Shown in pieces: positions 12,929 through 25,800 of a DNA stretch of 64,000 nucleotides (its first letter is position 1; every line of letters begins with the position of its first letter). The notes beneath the pieces are model-generated. The model did not search any database and was not told the origin of the DNA. It was given only the letters and a program-made list of their open reading frames with translations. Position numbers and translations under genes: made by a program. The DNA lies in NCBI GenBank assembly GCA_016748015.1, contig JAAOMT010000607.1, positions 558,001-622,000 on the forward strand, written 5' to 3'. Source of the DNA: Geosiphon pyriformis uo1 (taxonomy: Eukaryota; Fungi; Glomeromycota).

Positions 12929-13765
12929 TGTTATAGGGGATTATTTCTGTTATAGAATTGAATAACAAACCTGTAACTTGGTGCTCAAAAGCTACTTCCG
13001 TTGATGATGTTCTGCAAGCGTTGTATCTGAAGGTTTTGATGGAGTTCTTTGTATAATGGACAGAGATTCAATAGTTGTTTTATCTGTAACTTCCCAAACT
13101 CGCAAGTCTGTCAATTTTTTTCTTGGCTTGGTGGCTGGCAATCCTTTGGTAAGTAATCCGTATCTTCTGTATGTGTCCTACCCACTCACAGGAGTCTTTT
13201 ACCAGGCAATTCTTGACATCAGCAATCAGCATTTTTAATCAATTGGTTAATACCCAATAACAAAATCATAGAAAATAAAGAAAATAAAGAAATCTAAAGA
13301 AATAAGCCAAGGCAATTTGCAGATTAGTATCCCGTTAATAGCCATGATCAAGAGCTATTGTTCCAGTGTGGTTACGTATCAATTACTATCAACACTTCAT
13401 GTTGATAGTGGAGAGTGGATTAAGATATGAAATAATTATTTATTTGATGATTTTGTTTCTAGGCTAAGAATTTTGTGGTATTGATTCTGTTTTTTCTGTT
13501 TCTAACACTACTGCTATATATACATAATTGAGATTCCTCAATTTCTCGATTCTTCAAGACAGGAATCTTGGAATTTCTGGAATTCTGCAATTTCTTTGAG
13601 AAAAATCCTGAAATTCTGGAATTCTGCAATTTCTCATCAGGGAATTTTGAAATTCCTGGAATCCTGCAATTCCTGAGAAAAATTCTGGAATTCCACATTT
13701 ACTACACCTACTTCTGATTGGCTAATAATCATGCTAATATATTTCTTATATTTCTATGAGTAACA
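12929..13765 (-). repeat. LTR, B-type (837 bp; inversion breakpoint LTR)
   Basis: TGTTATA..GTAACA termini; PPT TTATTCCCTCCTTTT at 13766-13780. Confidence 0.93.
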
Positions 13766-13778
13766 TTATTCCCTCCTT

Positions 13779-14408
13779 TTAATATTGAGCTCCATCAAAA
13801 TCCAACTCATTTAACTCCCCCTCTTAAAGTATTTCCTGAATTTCATTTTCGAGAATTACTTGTGTTATTTGGGTCTGTAATTCTTCAAATTAAGCATTGG
13901 TGATTTTTCCCAATTGATAACTGGTAACCATATCCATTGCTTTGTTGAGCAATATTTCTGGTCTATCCTGAAATGCTGTGTGTATTCAGTATATGGCTCA
14001 GGCCTGTATGGATAAATTGTTCTTTCTTACAAAATGTTCTAATTGTTGTAGTATTCTTTTGTCGAATAATTGCTTTGTCTTATTCATATATAGATTCTGG
14101 ATATTTACATGTTGTCCCAAGTAAAAATAACAATAGTTTCGTGGAAATTGTTGTATCTACCAATTCCAAGTTTCTTTAGTCAACTCTTGATATAGTGACT
14201 TTTTTGTTAAATCTTTTATTGCTAATTTTACTTTCGCTATGATTTTGTCCACAGTATTTCCAGTTTTCTTCTGTGTTCTGAGTTGCAATGTCTTTTTAGT
14301 ATCTTGATATCAAATGGTTTGTTGATTGATTGTAATCTCCATTTCTTGGTGTTGAATTAATTGAAAGAGTTGTTGTGCTAGTAAGTGAATATTGTCTGTA
14401 ATTTCTAT
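13779..14408 (-). pseudogene. ORF3 of B' (630 bp; ATG decayed to ATA)
   Basis: Colinear with 34307-34936 and 52511-53140. Confidence 0.85.
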
Positions 14409-16360
14409 TTTTCTGATATTTTCTGTCACATCTATCATGTCTTTATATATTCTTTTGATGGATCAATTTAACATGTTGTTGTCGATAATAACAATTGGTT
14501 CCAGATTTCATGGAATCTTATCTGGTTGGACTAGTATTCTCTGTACTCCTAATTGTAGAATATTACTGGTAGATGGTAGTGTAATATTGTGATATGGCTT
14601 CAGTCAATTTTTATGTGCTGCTTTGGTTAAAATTTTGTTATCCAATCTTAATTTGTAAGCTCCATTTCCTAGAATTTCTTTTATGTGAAATAGTCTGTTC
14701 CATTTGGGGTCAAATTTTCCATTCCATTGTTTTTTTACTTTGGTACAATGTAGTAATACTTTGTCTCCAATCTTGAATTCAACTGGTTTGTCTGGTAGTT
14801 GACTATTGTGTCTTTCTTTCTGTTTTTCTTGTGACTTTTTAATATTATTAGCTGCTCTTCTTTGTTTGTTTTCCAATGTTTCCATTAAGTCATATGTTCT
14901 TCTCAGCAATGTTTCTTGAAAATTTTTTTCTGTTATTGGTTTAGCTGGATATGTATTAATTTTTCTCTCTACTGGTAATGTTGCTGTTCTCCCATATACT
15001 AATTCAAATGGTGTTGCTTGTGTAGTATCTTGTTTCATTATCTGATAAGCAAATAGTACTGATGGTATGAACAAATCCCAATTGTTCTGGTTTTTTTGGC
15101 TGAGCTTAGCTATTGCTTCACACAATGTTCTATTGAGAAACTTTAAAATGCCGAAAATATCGGTATCTTTCTACTAATCCGTTGGTTTGTGGATGGTATA
15201 GTGATGATAATGGTCTCTTGATTCCAAATCTTTGGCTCAATTCTGTTAATGTTTTGTTCACAAAATAAGTTCCTTGGTCTGATAATAATTCTTTTGGACA
15301 TCCATGTCAACAAATCAAATTCTGATAAACGAATTCGGCAACGGATTCTGCATCCACTCTTTGAATTGCTTTTATCTCTGGCCATTTAGTGAGATAGTTC
15401 ATAGCTACTGCTATGTATTTGTTTCCTCTGCTGGTGATTGTTAATGATCTGACTAAATTAATTCCCATATGGTCGAATAGTTGTCTTACTTTGATTGGTC
15501 TTAATGGTTTACTGGGTCTTGTTCTTCCTCTTTGCTGACAAGCATTACAATTTTGAACATATTGAATGATGTCTGGGTATATTGATGGCCAATAATATCT
15601 CTTTCTGGTTCTTTCCATGGTTGCTTCTTTGTGAAAATGTTCTGCTGTTGGATTTGAGTGCATGTTGAATAATATTGTCTCTTTTTCTGGCTCTGTAATT
15701 ACTCTGGTTGGTTGATTTGAATCCTTTCTATTTTTCTAATAAAGTATATTTTGGTGAGTAATAAAATATTTTGATTGTTGTTTGATACTCTTTCATTCCG
15801 TTTGAGATAAATTCTCCTTGAACTGTTGAGTGTTTATATTGTTACAGATTGGAGTAACAAGCTAATGGATAGCAAGGGAGAACAGAATTGTAGGGTGATG
15901 GAAATAATCAAAGGGAAATTCAACTTCAATAAACAAATTGAATGAGTATGGATTCAATGTGCAAGATTAATCTCATAAAATATCTTAGTCACTATTTTTT
16001 TCAAAAGGTAACAAGAGAATCTGAAGGTAGAGGGATAGTCTGTACTGTCAACAATTGATCACCACTGGTATAATTCTTTGCCTCATGTTAGCACTCTTAG
16101 AATTCAATATTAGGTATCAACTTGTGCTTTTCAGTCACGTTTATTCAAATAATCTTTAAATGCTATAATTATATACGTCAGAAAAAGGCCAACAAGTAAT
16201 TTTTTATCCTAAGATGTTTGGATACTTGAAGGTAAGGAAAGAGAAATTAGTAATAAGAGAGTGATTGAGATAAAAGTTGTTATTTTTATTTATTTGATTC
16301 TTGTCTGAGAGATAATTTTCTACAGCTAAGAGACTCATTGCTTATATAGCTAATAAAAGT

Positions 16361-16457
16361 GGTCAATGAACAGGTCAATGACTAGGTCAATGAACAGGTC
16401 AATGATCAGGTCAATGATCAGGTCAACAGTCAGGTCATTGATCAGGTCAATGATCAC
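16361..16457. repeat. 12-bp tandem repeats (GGTCAATGATCA) in U3 of the C 3' LTR (~8 units; ~3 in the 5' LTR at ~23397-23432)
   Basis: Directly visible in the sequence. Confidence 0.9.
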
Positions 16458-16512
16458 TATCTAAAAATAGAGTGGCTAATTATATGACATTAGTGGCTAA
16501 TACATGTAATAA

Positions 16513-17265
16513 CTAATAAAAATTATGGGTTTCAACTATAACATCATCTTCTCCAAAGAGATTGAACTCTGGTGAAATCAAGCTATTTATAGGGTATTCT
16601 AATTGAAGGGTTTTGTTTAACTCAAAACTAACTAGTTTGTTGAAGTCTTTTGTGGATAGAGTGTATAGTACTTGAGGCGAAATAAGCTTTGTGTCCAAGA
16701 GACCAAATTTTTGTATAAGAGTTTTGGCTCTTCTTGCAATAATTAAAACTCTTGGGACATCTAAATATATAATGCCCAAAATTTCCACTTGTATCTCTGA
16801 AGTTGTTTTCTTCATGAGCTTTATTTCTTCTATGATTTCATCAAGACAACCATAGAGTTCTAGTTGTCTTCCATATGACAAGTTTTTGTCTATGGGTAAG
16901 ATTTCCTTAATCGTTTTTCCAATTGTCATAGAAGGTGTAAGTATTGCTGCTGTTATGCTTTTTAGCAAATACTTATCTATTTTGCTACCAATTTTTTCTC
17001 TTCTGATAGTGGTTTTCTTTGGTCTAATAACTGTATGTATTTCACTGTTATCAGTTATGGTGGTTTGTTTTCCAATGGTCAGAGTAGTGTTTGGATAATT
17101 TTTGATCCAATACTCATGGAGAGTGTAGAAAACATTTTGAATGTTTTGATCCAGAAAATAATTGTTCATGTTGATTGAAGATACCTCTGTTTTGGAAATG
17201 GTGCATTTATTTATATCTGATTTTTGTTGATCATTTGGGTCAGTATTACTACAACAGATAATCAA
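16513..17265 (-). CDS. ORF3 of element C, unknown function (probable ATG at 17169, 218 aa); runs through the PPT into U3
   Basis: Uninterrupted 250-codon frame downstream of integrase; the stop lies 30 bp inside the LTR. Confidence 0.75.
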   Translation of the reverse strand: MIICCSNTDPNDQQKSDINKCTISKTEVSSINMNNYFLDQNIQNVFYTLHEYWIKNYPNTTLTIGKQTTITDNSEIHTVIRPKKTTIRREKIGSKIDKYLLKSITAAILTPSMTIGKTIKEILPIDKNLSYGRQLELYGCLDEIIEEIKLMKKTTSEIQVEILGIIYLDVPRVLIIARRAKTLIQKFGLLDTKLISPQVLYTLSTKDFNKLVSFELNKTLQLEYPINSLISPEFNLFGEDDVIVETHNFY

Positions 17266-17270
17266 TCAGA

Positions 17271-20200
17271 TCATTTGTGATATTTCTTGAGTTGTGTGTC
17301 ATGAACAGGGTGATCATTGAAGATTGTTCTATATTGATCTTGTAAGATATAAGAACCATTGTTCAAAACCTTGTTGACTATAAAGGGTCCTTTTCACTGG
17401 CTAGAGAATTTATCACCATAGACATTGTTTCTGTCTGAACGGTATTCTAAAACTAAGTCACTAACACTTAAGGAAAGTGTTTTATATGTTTTCTTTTTCT
17501 TAAGCTTCTCTTGGAATTGTTTTATCTTTTCAAAGGCAATTATCCGTGCTTCTACTAATGAGTCAAGAATGGTACCAAGTCTTCTTTGCAAAATGTTTTT
17601 GTAATTCCCTATTGTTATTTCTTTAAAGGGTATTGTCTCAATGTCAGTTTCTATTGGTAGAGTTGCTATTTGTCTATAGAGTAGATAAAAGGATTCATAA
17701 CTTGTTATGTCATGATTCACAGTTCTATAAGCAAACAAAGCTGAAGGCAGTACTTTGTCCCATAAGTTTGTTTCTTCACTGGTTTTGGCTAGAGTTTCAC
17801 ATAGTGTTCTATTGAAACGTTTCACTAAGTTATTTGTTTGGGGGTGATAAGGATAGGAAAGTTTGTGACATATTCCCATTTTTCTGCAAAGTTCTTTAAT
17901 AAGTGTACTGAGAAAAGCTCTTCCTCTGTCAGATAAAAGTTTTTTGGAGCAGCCATGGTGACAAATAATATCTTCATAAATAAAATTGGCTATTGAGACT
18001 GCTGTTTGGTCTGGAGTGGCTCTTGCTTCTACCTACTTTGTAAGATAGTTGGTAGCTGTGATAATATATCTGTTGCCATCAGGAGTTATTGTTAAAAGTC
18101 TAACAACATCTATACCAATTCTGTCAAAGAGTTGACCAACAGAGATTGGATAAATATCTTCTTTGCAATTGGGTTTTCTTCTTCTTTGGCAAATATTACA
18201 GGTTTTGATGTATTCAGCAATGTCTTTTTCCAAGGTAGGCCAATAATAGCAAGCTAGAGTTTTCTGAATTGTTTTTGTTTTTTCAAAGTGTCCAGCTAAT
18301 GGATCAGTGTGCATATTGTAGATCACAATTTCTCTTTCTTCAAATCTGATGACTCTCTGAGGACGGTCAGGATTTTTTTTATTTCTTTTATAAAGTTGGT
18401 TCTGGTGAATTAAATAGAAATTTGATTGTTTGCGCAAATGTTCTCTTTGTTGTTATGTATATTTTGGTGGGTATTGTCCTTTACCCAAAAATTCTATTAA
18501 GGCAGAGTAGTTGTCCAAGTCCATTATCGTGTTTGTCAAAAAAGGGAATTACTAATAATTAAGTTGGTTTGGTTTAAGAGAGTTGTTCTGTCACTAGATA
18601 GTAAGTCTGGAGAGAGCATCAGCGTTTTGATGATTAGCTCCTTTGCGATGTTGAATATCATAGTCAAATTCATCCAAGTGGAGTATCCAGCAAGTTATCT
18701 ATTTGTGTTCTAGCCTCTTTTTGTTGCACAGACAAATCAAAGCTTGGTGATCTGTTACCACCAAAAACTTCACACCAAGAAGATACTTGCTCCAGTAACT
18801 AGTGAACCATACTACTGCTAAGCATTCTTGTTCAGTGACTGAATAGTTCTGTTCTGCTGGAGAAAGGGTTCTACTGGCATAGGCTATGGCATGTTCTTTG
18901 TCATCTTTATCTTTCTGGGAGAGAACAGCATCAAGTTTAAAGCCAGATGCATCAGTGTGGAGGATAAAGGGTCGATCTAGATTAGGTTGCTTGAGGATGG
19001 GTTCTGTAACCAGTTTTTCTTTTAAAGTTTCAAAGGCTTTTTGCTGATGTGTTTTCCAATGGTAATTAACATTTTTCCTGAGTAGCTGATTAAGAGAAGA
19101 GGTAATTTTGGAGAAATCCTTGACAAATTTGCGATAATAAGAGGCCAAACTAAGAAAAGAGCATAGTTTATAAATGTTCATTGGTTGTTTGATGTTTTGG
19201 ACTTTTTCAACTTTGGCTGGGTCAGGAAAGATTCCATCTTTTGTGATAAGATAACCAAGGAACTGGGTGGATTGTCTTCCAAAGAAAGATTTGATTGGGT
19301 TGATCTTAAGGCCAGCATTTCTAAGAAGGTCAAAAACCTTTTGCAAATGTTCCAGGTGTTCATCCCAGGTTTTTAAGTATACCATTATGTCATCCAAAAT
19401 AGACTAGAACAAAGTTTTCTTTGACTGATTCAAATACTTTATCTATTAAGCATTGAAAGATGGGAGGGGCATTGGTAAGACCAAAAGGCATGACTGTGAA
19501 TTCATAGGTGCCATACTTGGTAATGAAGGCAGTTTTCTTTCTGCTTTTTGGATCCATCTTTACTTGCCAGAATCCAGCAGTTAAGTCAATAGTTGAGAAG
19601 AAAGCAGCATCTTTGAATTGGTCTAACATTACATCAATCTTGGGAAGTGGGTATATGTCTTTTTCAGGAATGGCATTTAATTGGTAGTAGTCGACACAAA
19701 AGCATAGTGTTCCACCTTTTTTAGATACCACTACAACTGAGAAAGCCCATTCACTCTTGGTTTCTTGTATGAATCCAAGTTCTTTCATCCAGTTTATCTC
19801 TTTCTTGATAAACTCATCATTGTGCTGATTGGATTGATAAGACTTCAAATGGATGGGTCGAGTTTCTCTGGTGGTGATGGTGTGTTGTATCACATGGGTA
19901 TGTCTAGGAATATCACCTTCTTTGGAGATAACTAGGCTATTTCTAGCCAGTAAATTTCAATGTCTATTTTTCTTTCTTCTGGGGAGGGTTCTTTTTGTTC
20001 TACAACCAGCGATTGGATCTCAGGTGGTTTATTCTCAAAGGACTTCTGTACTTCTTTTAATTCTTTTTTGGGTATCAAACTGATTGGTTCCCAATCTCTG
20101 TAATAGATCAGGCATAATTTGCATTCATCACTTGGAGAATACAAGGGTTTGTTGCACCAACACCAGGCACAAGAACCATGCCACCAAAAACTGTATTTGG

Positions 20201-21284
20201 CTTTTTTGCCAGGTTTTCTTTCAAAGGTTCTTCTAAGAATATCATAATAAGGCCAGCAGATTAGCTTGCCATTTACAATGATTCCTTTTTTGTCTGCTTT
20301 AACATTGTTCAGTGGTTTGCCATTGCTGGTGAAGGTGGTATAGGCGAGTTCAGCAGTTTCTTCTTGTTCTTCTTGTTCTTCTTTTTCATCGCTCTTTTTA
20401 TCATCTGATTCATCTGATTGTTCTTCTTCTTGGTTTTGTTTGGGTATTGGGGGAGTTGTCCAATGGCAACACTTAACCACAATGGGTTTCTCATCACATC
20501 TGATGGTTAATTCACAAAGTTCATAATCAAGCAAAGCTTTTGCTTTCTTGAGCCATTCATTGCCAACAATGATGGCATATTCCTTGGCTTCAGAAACTTC
20601 TATGTCAGTTTCAATGCTGATTCCATTGATGCAAACAAGAACAGCTTTGGCAATATCCAGTCCTTTCTTTTTGTCACCATGTATGTTGGTCATTGGTCTG
20701 GTAGAAAGTTCATCAATCTTTCTACCAATTGCTTCCAAGAAGTGTTTGGCAATGACACTAACAGATGATCTACTGTCCAGAATTAAGTCAATGAAGTATT
20801 CAGCCACTTGGGCTTTACAAATCAGAGGGGTGACATTGCTGTTGTCAGCAAGTCCAGCTTGGCAAGGGTGCTTGTTGGTTTTTGGTGTCTTCTTTTTTGG
20901 GATCAAGAATTTGCAAAGATCTTTTCTGAACTGTGGGTGGGTCATTAACTGGCCAAAGATAATATGTGCTGGGGTTTCCATGAGATCTTTGACAACAGAA
21001 TAGGGTCCAGATTTTTGTACAATTTCTGGGGGTTCCAACTTTGGGGAATTCTTAAAGACTTTAGCCTTTGGTGGCTCATTGTTATCAGCAGCAGAAGTTG
21101 AGACTTTGTTAGAGTCTAAAATGAAATCAACCTTGGCTTTCTTCTTCTTTCTGGTTGGTTCTGAGGTGTTAATTGCTAGTTCATCCATGTCATGGTCATC
21201 ATTAGTTAAGTTAAAAGCGTAAAAGGGGTTTTCTTCTGGTTGGCTTGCACTCTCACCCTTTGGAGATGTGCCTACCAGTTTAAA
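17271..21284 (-). pseudogene. Element C pol (PR, Cys-rich insert, RT, RNase H, integrase with GPF), in the -1 frame relative to gag
   Basis: Motifs LILDSRSS, FCVDY, MPFGLTNAP, HTDASG, HTDPLAGH..CNIC, GIDVV and KGPF; scattered stops. Confidence 0.92.
21247..21284 (-). promoter_or_regulatory. -1 programmed ribosomal frameshift signal (U UUA AAC, 6-nt spacer, stem-loop)
   Basis: Gag frame reads CCT TTA AAC TGG TAG; the -1 frame is open into the protease. Hairpin GCAC(A)TCTC..GAGAGTGC at 21271-21247. Confidence 0.85.
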
Positions 21285-22870
21285 GGCTGATAAACAGTGG
21301 CTTCAACTAGGAGATTCTCTCCAAAGAAATTAATGTTGGCATGATTGGGTCTTTGATTGGGAACATTGTTGTTGTTGGGTCTGTTGTTTTGGTTGTCATT
21401 GTTTCTGGAAGCTAGAGGAGGCAGTGGAGAATTGTTACAATCTCTTGAATAATGTCCAGTTAATCCACAATGATAGCACACAGGTGGGCCACGATTTTGC
21501 TGTCTTTGATAGGGAGGTTGCTGGGGCTGGTTAAAATGAGGTTTGTATCTAGATCTTGGTAGTTGCTGGTTATCTCTGACTGCTTGTGCCAAAGATTCTA
21601 ATAACCGGGCAAGATTGGCTGTCAGTTTATCAATTAATTATTCATTTGGATCTTGAGTTTGGGCAGCAAAAGAAGCAGCAGCCATTTGAGGAGCAGGAGC
21701 TATGACAGAAGCAGAAGCAAAAACTGGAAGTGTAGATTCCAAATGTATTCTTTGGTTGTCTTCAATTTGTTGGACAAGTTCAATGACCATGTCTATTGTA
21801 GGATTGTCTTTCAGGGCCAAGAGAGGCCAAAGAGCATAAGATAAATTGGTTCTCAATCCTTTTGTGAAGGAATGAATCTTTTGTTCTTCTGTCCAGTTTC
21901 TCCCAGAGTCTACACATTTGATTAGCTTTCTAATAGCTTTGGCATATTCAGTTACTACTTCTCCAAGGCCTTGGGTTCTTTTTTCCAATTCCATGCACCA
22001 TTTGGATATTAATATTGGGGTTCTGAACTTGGCCTCAAATCGAGTAGTAAAAGAGGTATTTTCTTCTCCAGCATTGATTGGTGTCCATCTGATTATTCTG
22101 TGTTGAGCATTGGCATCTGTTTCTTGTGAGAACCAGGTAGCAGGAAAGCCTTGGAGATAGCCACCAATGATTTGGAACTTGTATTCTTCATTATACTGGT
22201 TGGCTGTGGCAGCTCTCTCAAAATCATCCAACCATTTAATTGGATCTTGTGCATCACCTCTAAATAGTAGTAGTGAGGTATTGTTTCTTCTTCCTAGAGC
22301 AGTTTGTATACTTTAAAGGGTGGCCAGAATGTTTGCTTGCATGGGGTCATTAGCCATTGGTTCAGGGGTAACTATTTGTGTAGACAAGTCTAATTTGTTT
22401 GATAAAAGATCAAAAACAGAGGCAGTTTGATAGCTTTCTTCTTCTGTTTCAAAGGGAGTTTCAGTTGCTTGATGGACAGCAATCCAAATGTGGATTTGAT
22501 GATTCAGATATTCGAAATCAGGGAGCTGTTGTTCAAAGGTTGCAGAATATAAGAGCTGATTGATACTGTTGTTTCTTTCTTCAAAGTTGTCTTCAAAATA
22601 AGCTTGGTCAAAGTAATAGGTTGTATAAGCTGTGTAGGTTTCAGCTGAATGCTCATTCAGGAACCAGTTCCAAAAGTCTTGGAATTGTCTACTGGATTGT
22701 TCTTTAAGAGGAAAGCAGATCAAGCAAGAGGGCAAAGAATTAAGTTCAATGAAATCTAGGTTGTTTTGTTGTGTGCTGCAAGTGTTTTTCTGATTGCTGT
22801 GGCAGATATGAGTAATCACCCATACAATAAGAGAATAAGTGAATTTTGACAACTTCACAGGGAGCACCAC
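21272..22870 (-). pseudogene. Element C gag (N-terminal extension, capsid-like region, CCHC knuckle CYHCGLTGHYSRDC)
   Basis: ORFs 22313-22870, 21638-22231 and 21272-21592 are in one frame, separated by point stops. Confidence 0.9.
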
Positions 22871-25800
22871 TTTTATGTTACAGGTTGGAGTAACAAGCTA
22901 ATGGATAGCAAGGGAGAACAGGATTGTAGAGTGATAGAAATAATCAAAGGGGAATTCAACTTCAATAAGCAAATTGAATGAGTATGGATTCAATATGTGA
23001 GATCAGTCTCATAAAATATCTCAGTCGCTATTTTTTTCAAAAGGTAACAAGGGAATCTGAAGGTAGAAGGATAATCTATACTGTCAACAATTGATCACCA
23101 CTGGTATAATTCTATGCCTCACGTCAGCACTCTTAGAATTCAATATCAGGTATCAACTTGTGCTTTTCAGTCACATTTATTCAAATAATTTTCAAATACT
23201 ACAATTATATACGTCAGGAAAAGGCCAACAAGTAATTTTTTATCCTAAGATGTTTGGATACTTGAAGGTAGGGAAAGGGAAATTAGCAATAAGAGAGTGA
23301 TTGAGATGAAAGTTGTTATTTTTATTTATTTGATTCTTGTCTGAGAGATGATTTTCTACAGCTAAGAGACTCATCGCTTATATAGCTAATGAAAGTAGTC
23401 AATGACTAGGTCAATGATCAGGTCAATGATCACTATCTAAAAATAGAGTGGCTAATTATATCAATGGCTAATACATGTGATAACTAATAAAAATTATGGA
23501 TTTCAACCATAACAATATAATGTTTCAATTGTTGATATTTTTGTATGTTCATCTTTTGTTGTATTTTTCTGTTGGTATTGTTCTGGTTTTGTTATATTTT
23601 TGGGTTGAAATGTTCTTAGATTTGTCTCATTTGTGATAAACCGTTCGCATTTCTATTGTCTTTTCCTTTTTTATAATGTATAGTATAATTATATAGTGCG
23701 AGTGCTATTTTTCATCTTGACTGTCTTCTATCTCCAAATTTTTGTTTTTGAAGTGATGTTAATCCTTTGTGATCTGTGTACATCTCAAACTTCTGGCTCA
23801 AGTATTTTTTCCATTTCATGACTGCCCAGTATATTGCTAAGTGTTCTTGTTCCAGTGTTCCATAGTTCTTTTCGGCTGGTGTTAAACCTCTGCTGGCATA
23901 TGCTACTGGATGTTCTCTACTGTCTGGTCCTCTCTGAGATAGTACTGCTCTTAATGCTTGGCTGAATGCATCAATGGTGATGATGAATGGTTTGCTGTAA
24001 TCTGGATAGATCAGTACTGGAACTTGGATGAACTTTTTTTTCAGAATATCAAAAGCTTCTTGTTGACTTTCTGTCCATTCATATTTTGTATTTTTGTTTT
24101 GCAGTTGGTTGAGTGACTGTGCTATCTTGAAGAAGTTCTTGATAAAATGTCAATAGTAGCTGGTGAATCCCAAGAATAATTTCAGTTCTGTCATATTGGT
24201 CAGTACTGGAAAGTTTTTTACTATCTCTATTTTCTCTGGATCTGTTTTGATGCCATCTTTGCTGACTATGTGTTCCAAGAATTTTAGTTCTGTCTTGCCA
24301 AAAAAGCACTTTGTTGCATTTAACTTTAGTCCTGCTCTTCTTAGTCTTTTGAACACTTGTTGAAGATAATAAAGATGATCATCAAACATTTTTAAGAATA
24401 CATTGGTGTTGTCCAAATATACAACTACTGATTTCCACAATAAGCCAGTATAAACAATTTCTATTAGCTGTTGGAAAGTTGCTGGGGCATTGGTTAAGCC
24501 AAATGGCATCACTTCAAATTCAAAATTCCCTTCTCTAGTAGTAAATGCCATCTTCTCTTTGTCAGCTGGATTCATGGTTACTTACCAGTAACCACTGTCC
24601 AAATCTAATGTTGAGAACCATTTGTTCCCACCAAAAACATCAAATAATTCCTGTATTCGTGGAGTTGGATAACTGTCTCTCCGAGTTACACTATTGAGTT
24701 TCCTGTAGTCTACACAAAATCAGATTTTTCCATTTTTTTTATGGATGAGTACCACTGGTAATGACTATGGGCTTATTAATGGTTAAATTAGCCCATTGTC
24801 AAGCATTCTGTTTATCTCTTAACAAATGATCTCATGGCTGGCTGGTGGTACTCTGTATGCTCTTTGTTTGATTGGCATTGTATCCCCAGTCTTGATCTAA
24901 TGCTGGATGATGTCAGTTCAGCCAAACTCATTTTCACTGACAAAGATGTTGTTGAAATTGTTAAGTAACATCTTGAGCTGCATACATTGGAGTGGATCTA
25001 AGTTTCCCATGTTTATTTGTTCCAATTGTTCTGGTTGGAGCAAATAACATTCGTCTTGTCCATAGATTGTTTGTGATTTGATGTCAACATATCCACAAAG
25101 TTGTAGAAAGTCTGAAATGGGGTTTGGTGGTTGGTCTTCTATTTCTGTGGTTAAATATCCAATAGTGGTTCCTTCTGGTATGTTGATGACATTGCCAGTG
25201 TTGTTGTAAATGAGAATTTTATGCTGCTATAGCTTTTGGCTGGTATGTGGAGATTGATCAACCCAATCTCCCCTAATTCACAAAGGTTTGCTTCAGCCTC
25301 AAAAATCTGTTCTTGCTTCTTTTCTTTCCTTCCTATTGCTAGCATGTACTGGCTATATGGTGGAATAGAAATAGCTTGACCAGTTGAAATAATTTTTCTT
25401 TGGCCAACAATTTCTGCCTTTGCCATATTAACAAATATCTCTATTCTACCCATTGATCTAAATCCTTGTATCTCTCTTGCTGTTATCCCTAATTCCTCTC
25501 TATTTCCCACTAATACTAATTGTGCTATTTTCATCAGAGGCAAGAATATTGTCTGTGCTATCTTTTCATTTGGCTCTATGATATAGGCCTTTTCAGAGTT
25601 GTTTTGTAGCATAGCAATGATATTTTCTATGTATCTCATGTCAATTATTCCTCCTCTGATGTTTATTCCTCTTTTTGCTAAACTACTCCTAGATGCTAAT
25701 TGAACTATTGTTGTTGTTGGAATTTCTAAAGCTACTTTCAGATCAATGCAGGTGTGTGAATATGGTTCCAATTTGATGGCATCTTTTTCTGGGTATCTTA

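Larger units (their letters stand above)
15840..23514 (-). mobile_element. Gypsy element C (different family, no dUTPase), full length 7675 bp
   Basis: LTRs 15840-16543 and 22876-23514; TSD ATAT at 15836-15839 and 23515-23518; PBS 22853-22869; PPT next to 16544. Confidence 0.95.

Noticed and set aside
13530-13697. Short palindromic repeat arrays resembling CRISPR or iterons
   Set aside because: No unique spacers or cas genes; these are U3 repeats of eukaryotic LTRs.
16513-17265. ORF3 as an envelope gene
   Set aside because: No evident signal peptide or transmembrane anchor, and too short.
20548-21003. Numerous antisense ORFs over pol regions
   Set aside because: Shadow ORFs opposite recognisable PR/RT/INT coding sequence, with no independent motifs.
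21258-21295. 38-nt GT..AG segment whose removal fuses C gag and pol in frame (possible mini-intron)
   Set aside because: Very short with a weak donor (GTTTAT), and it contains a correctly phased UUUAAAC plus hairpin; -1 frameshifting explains it better.
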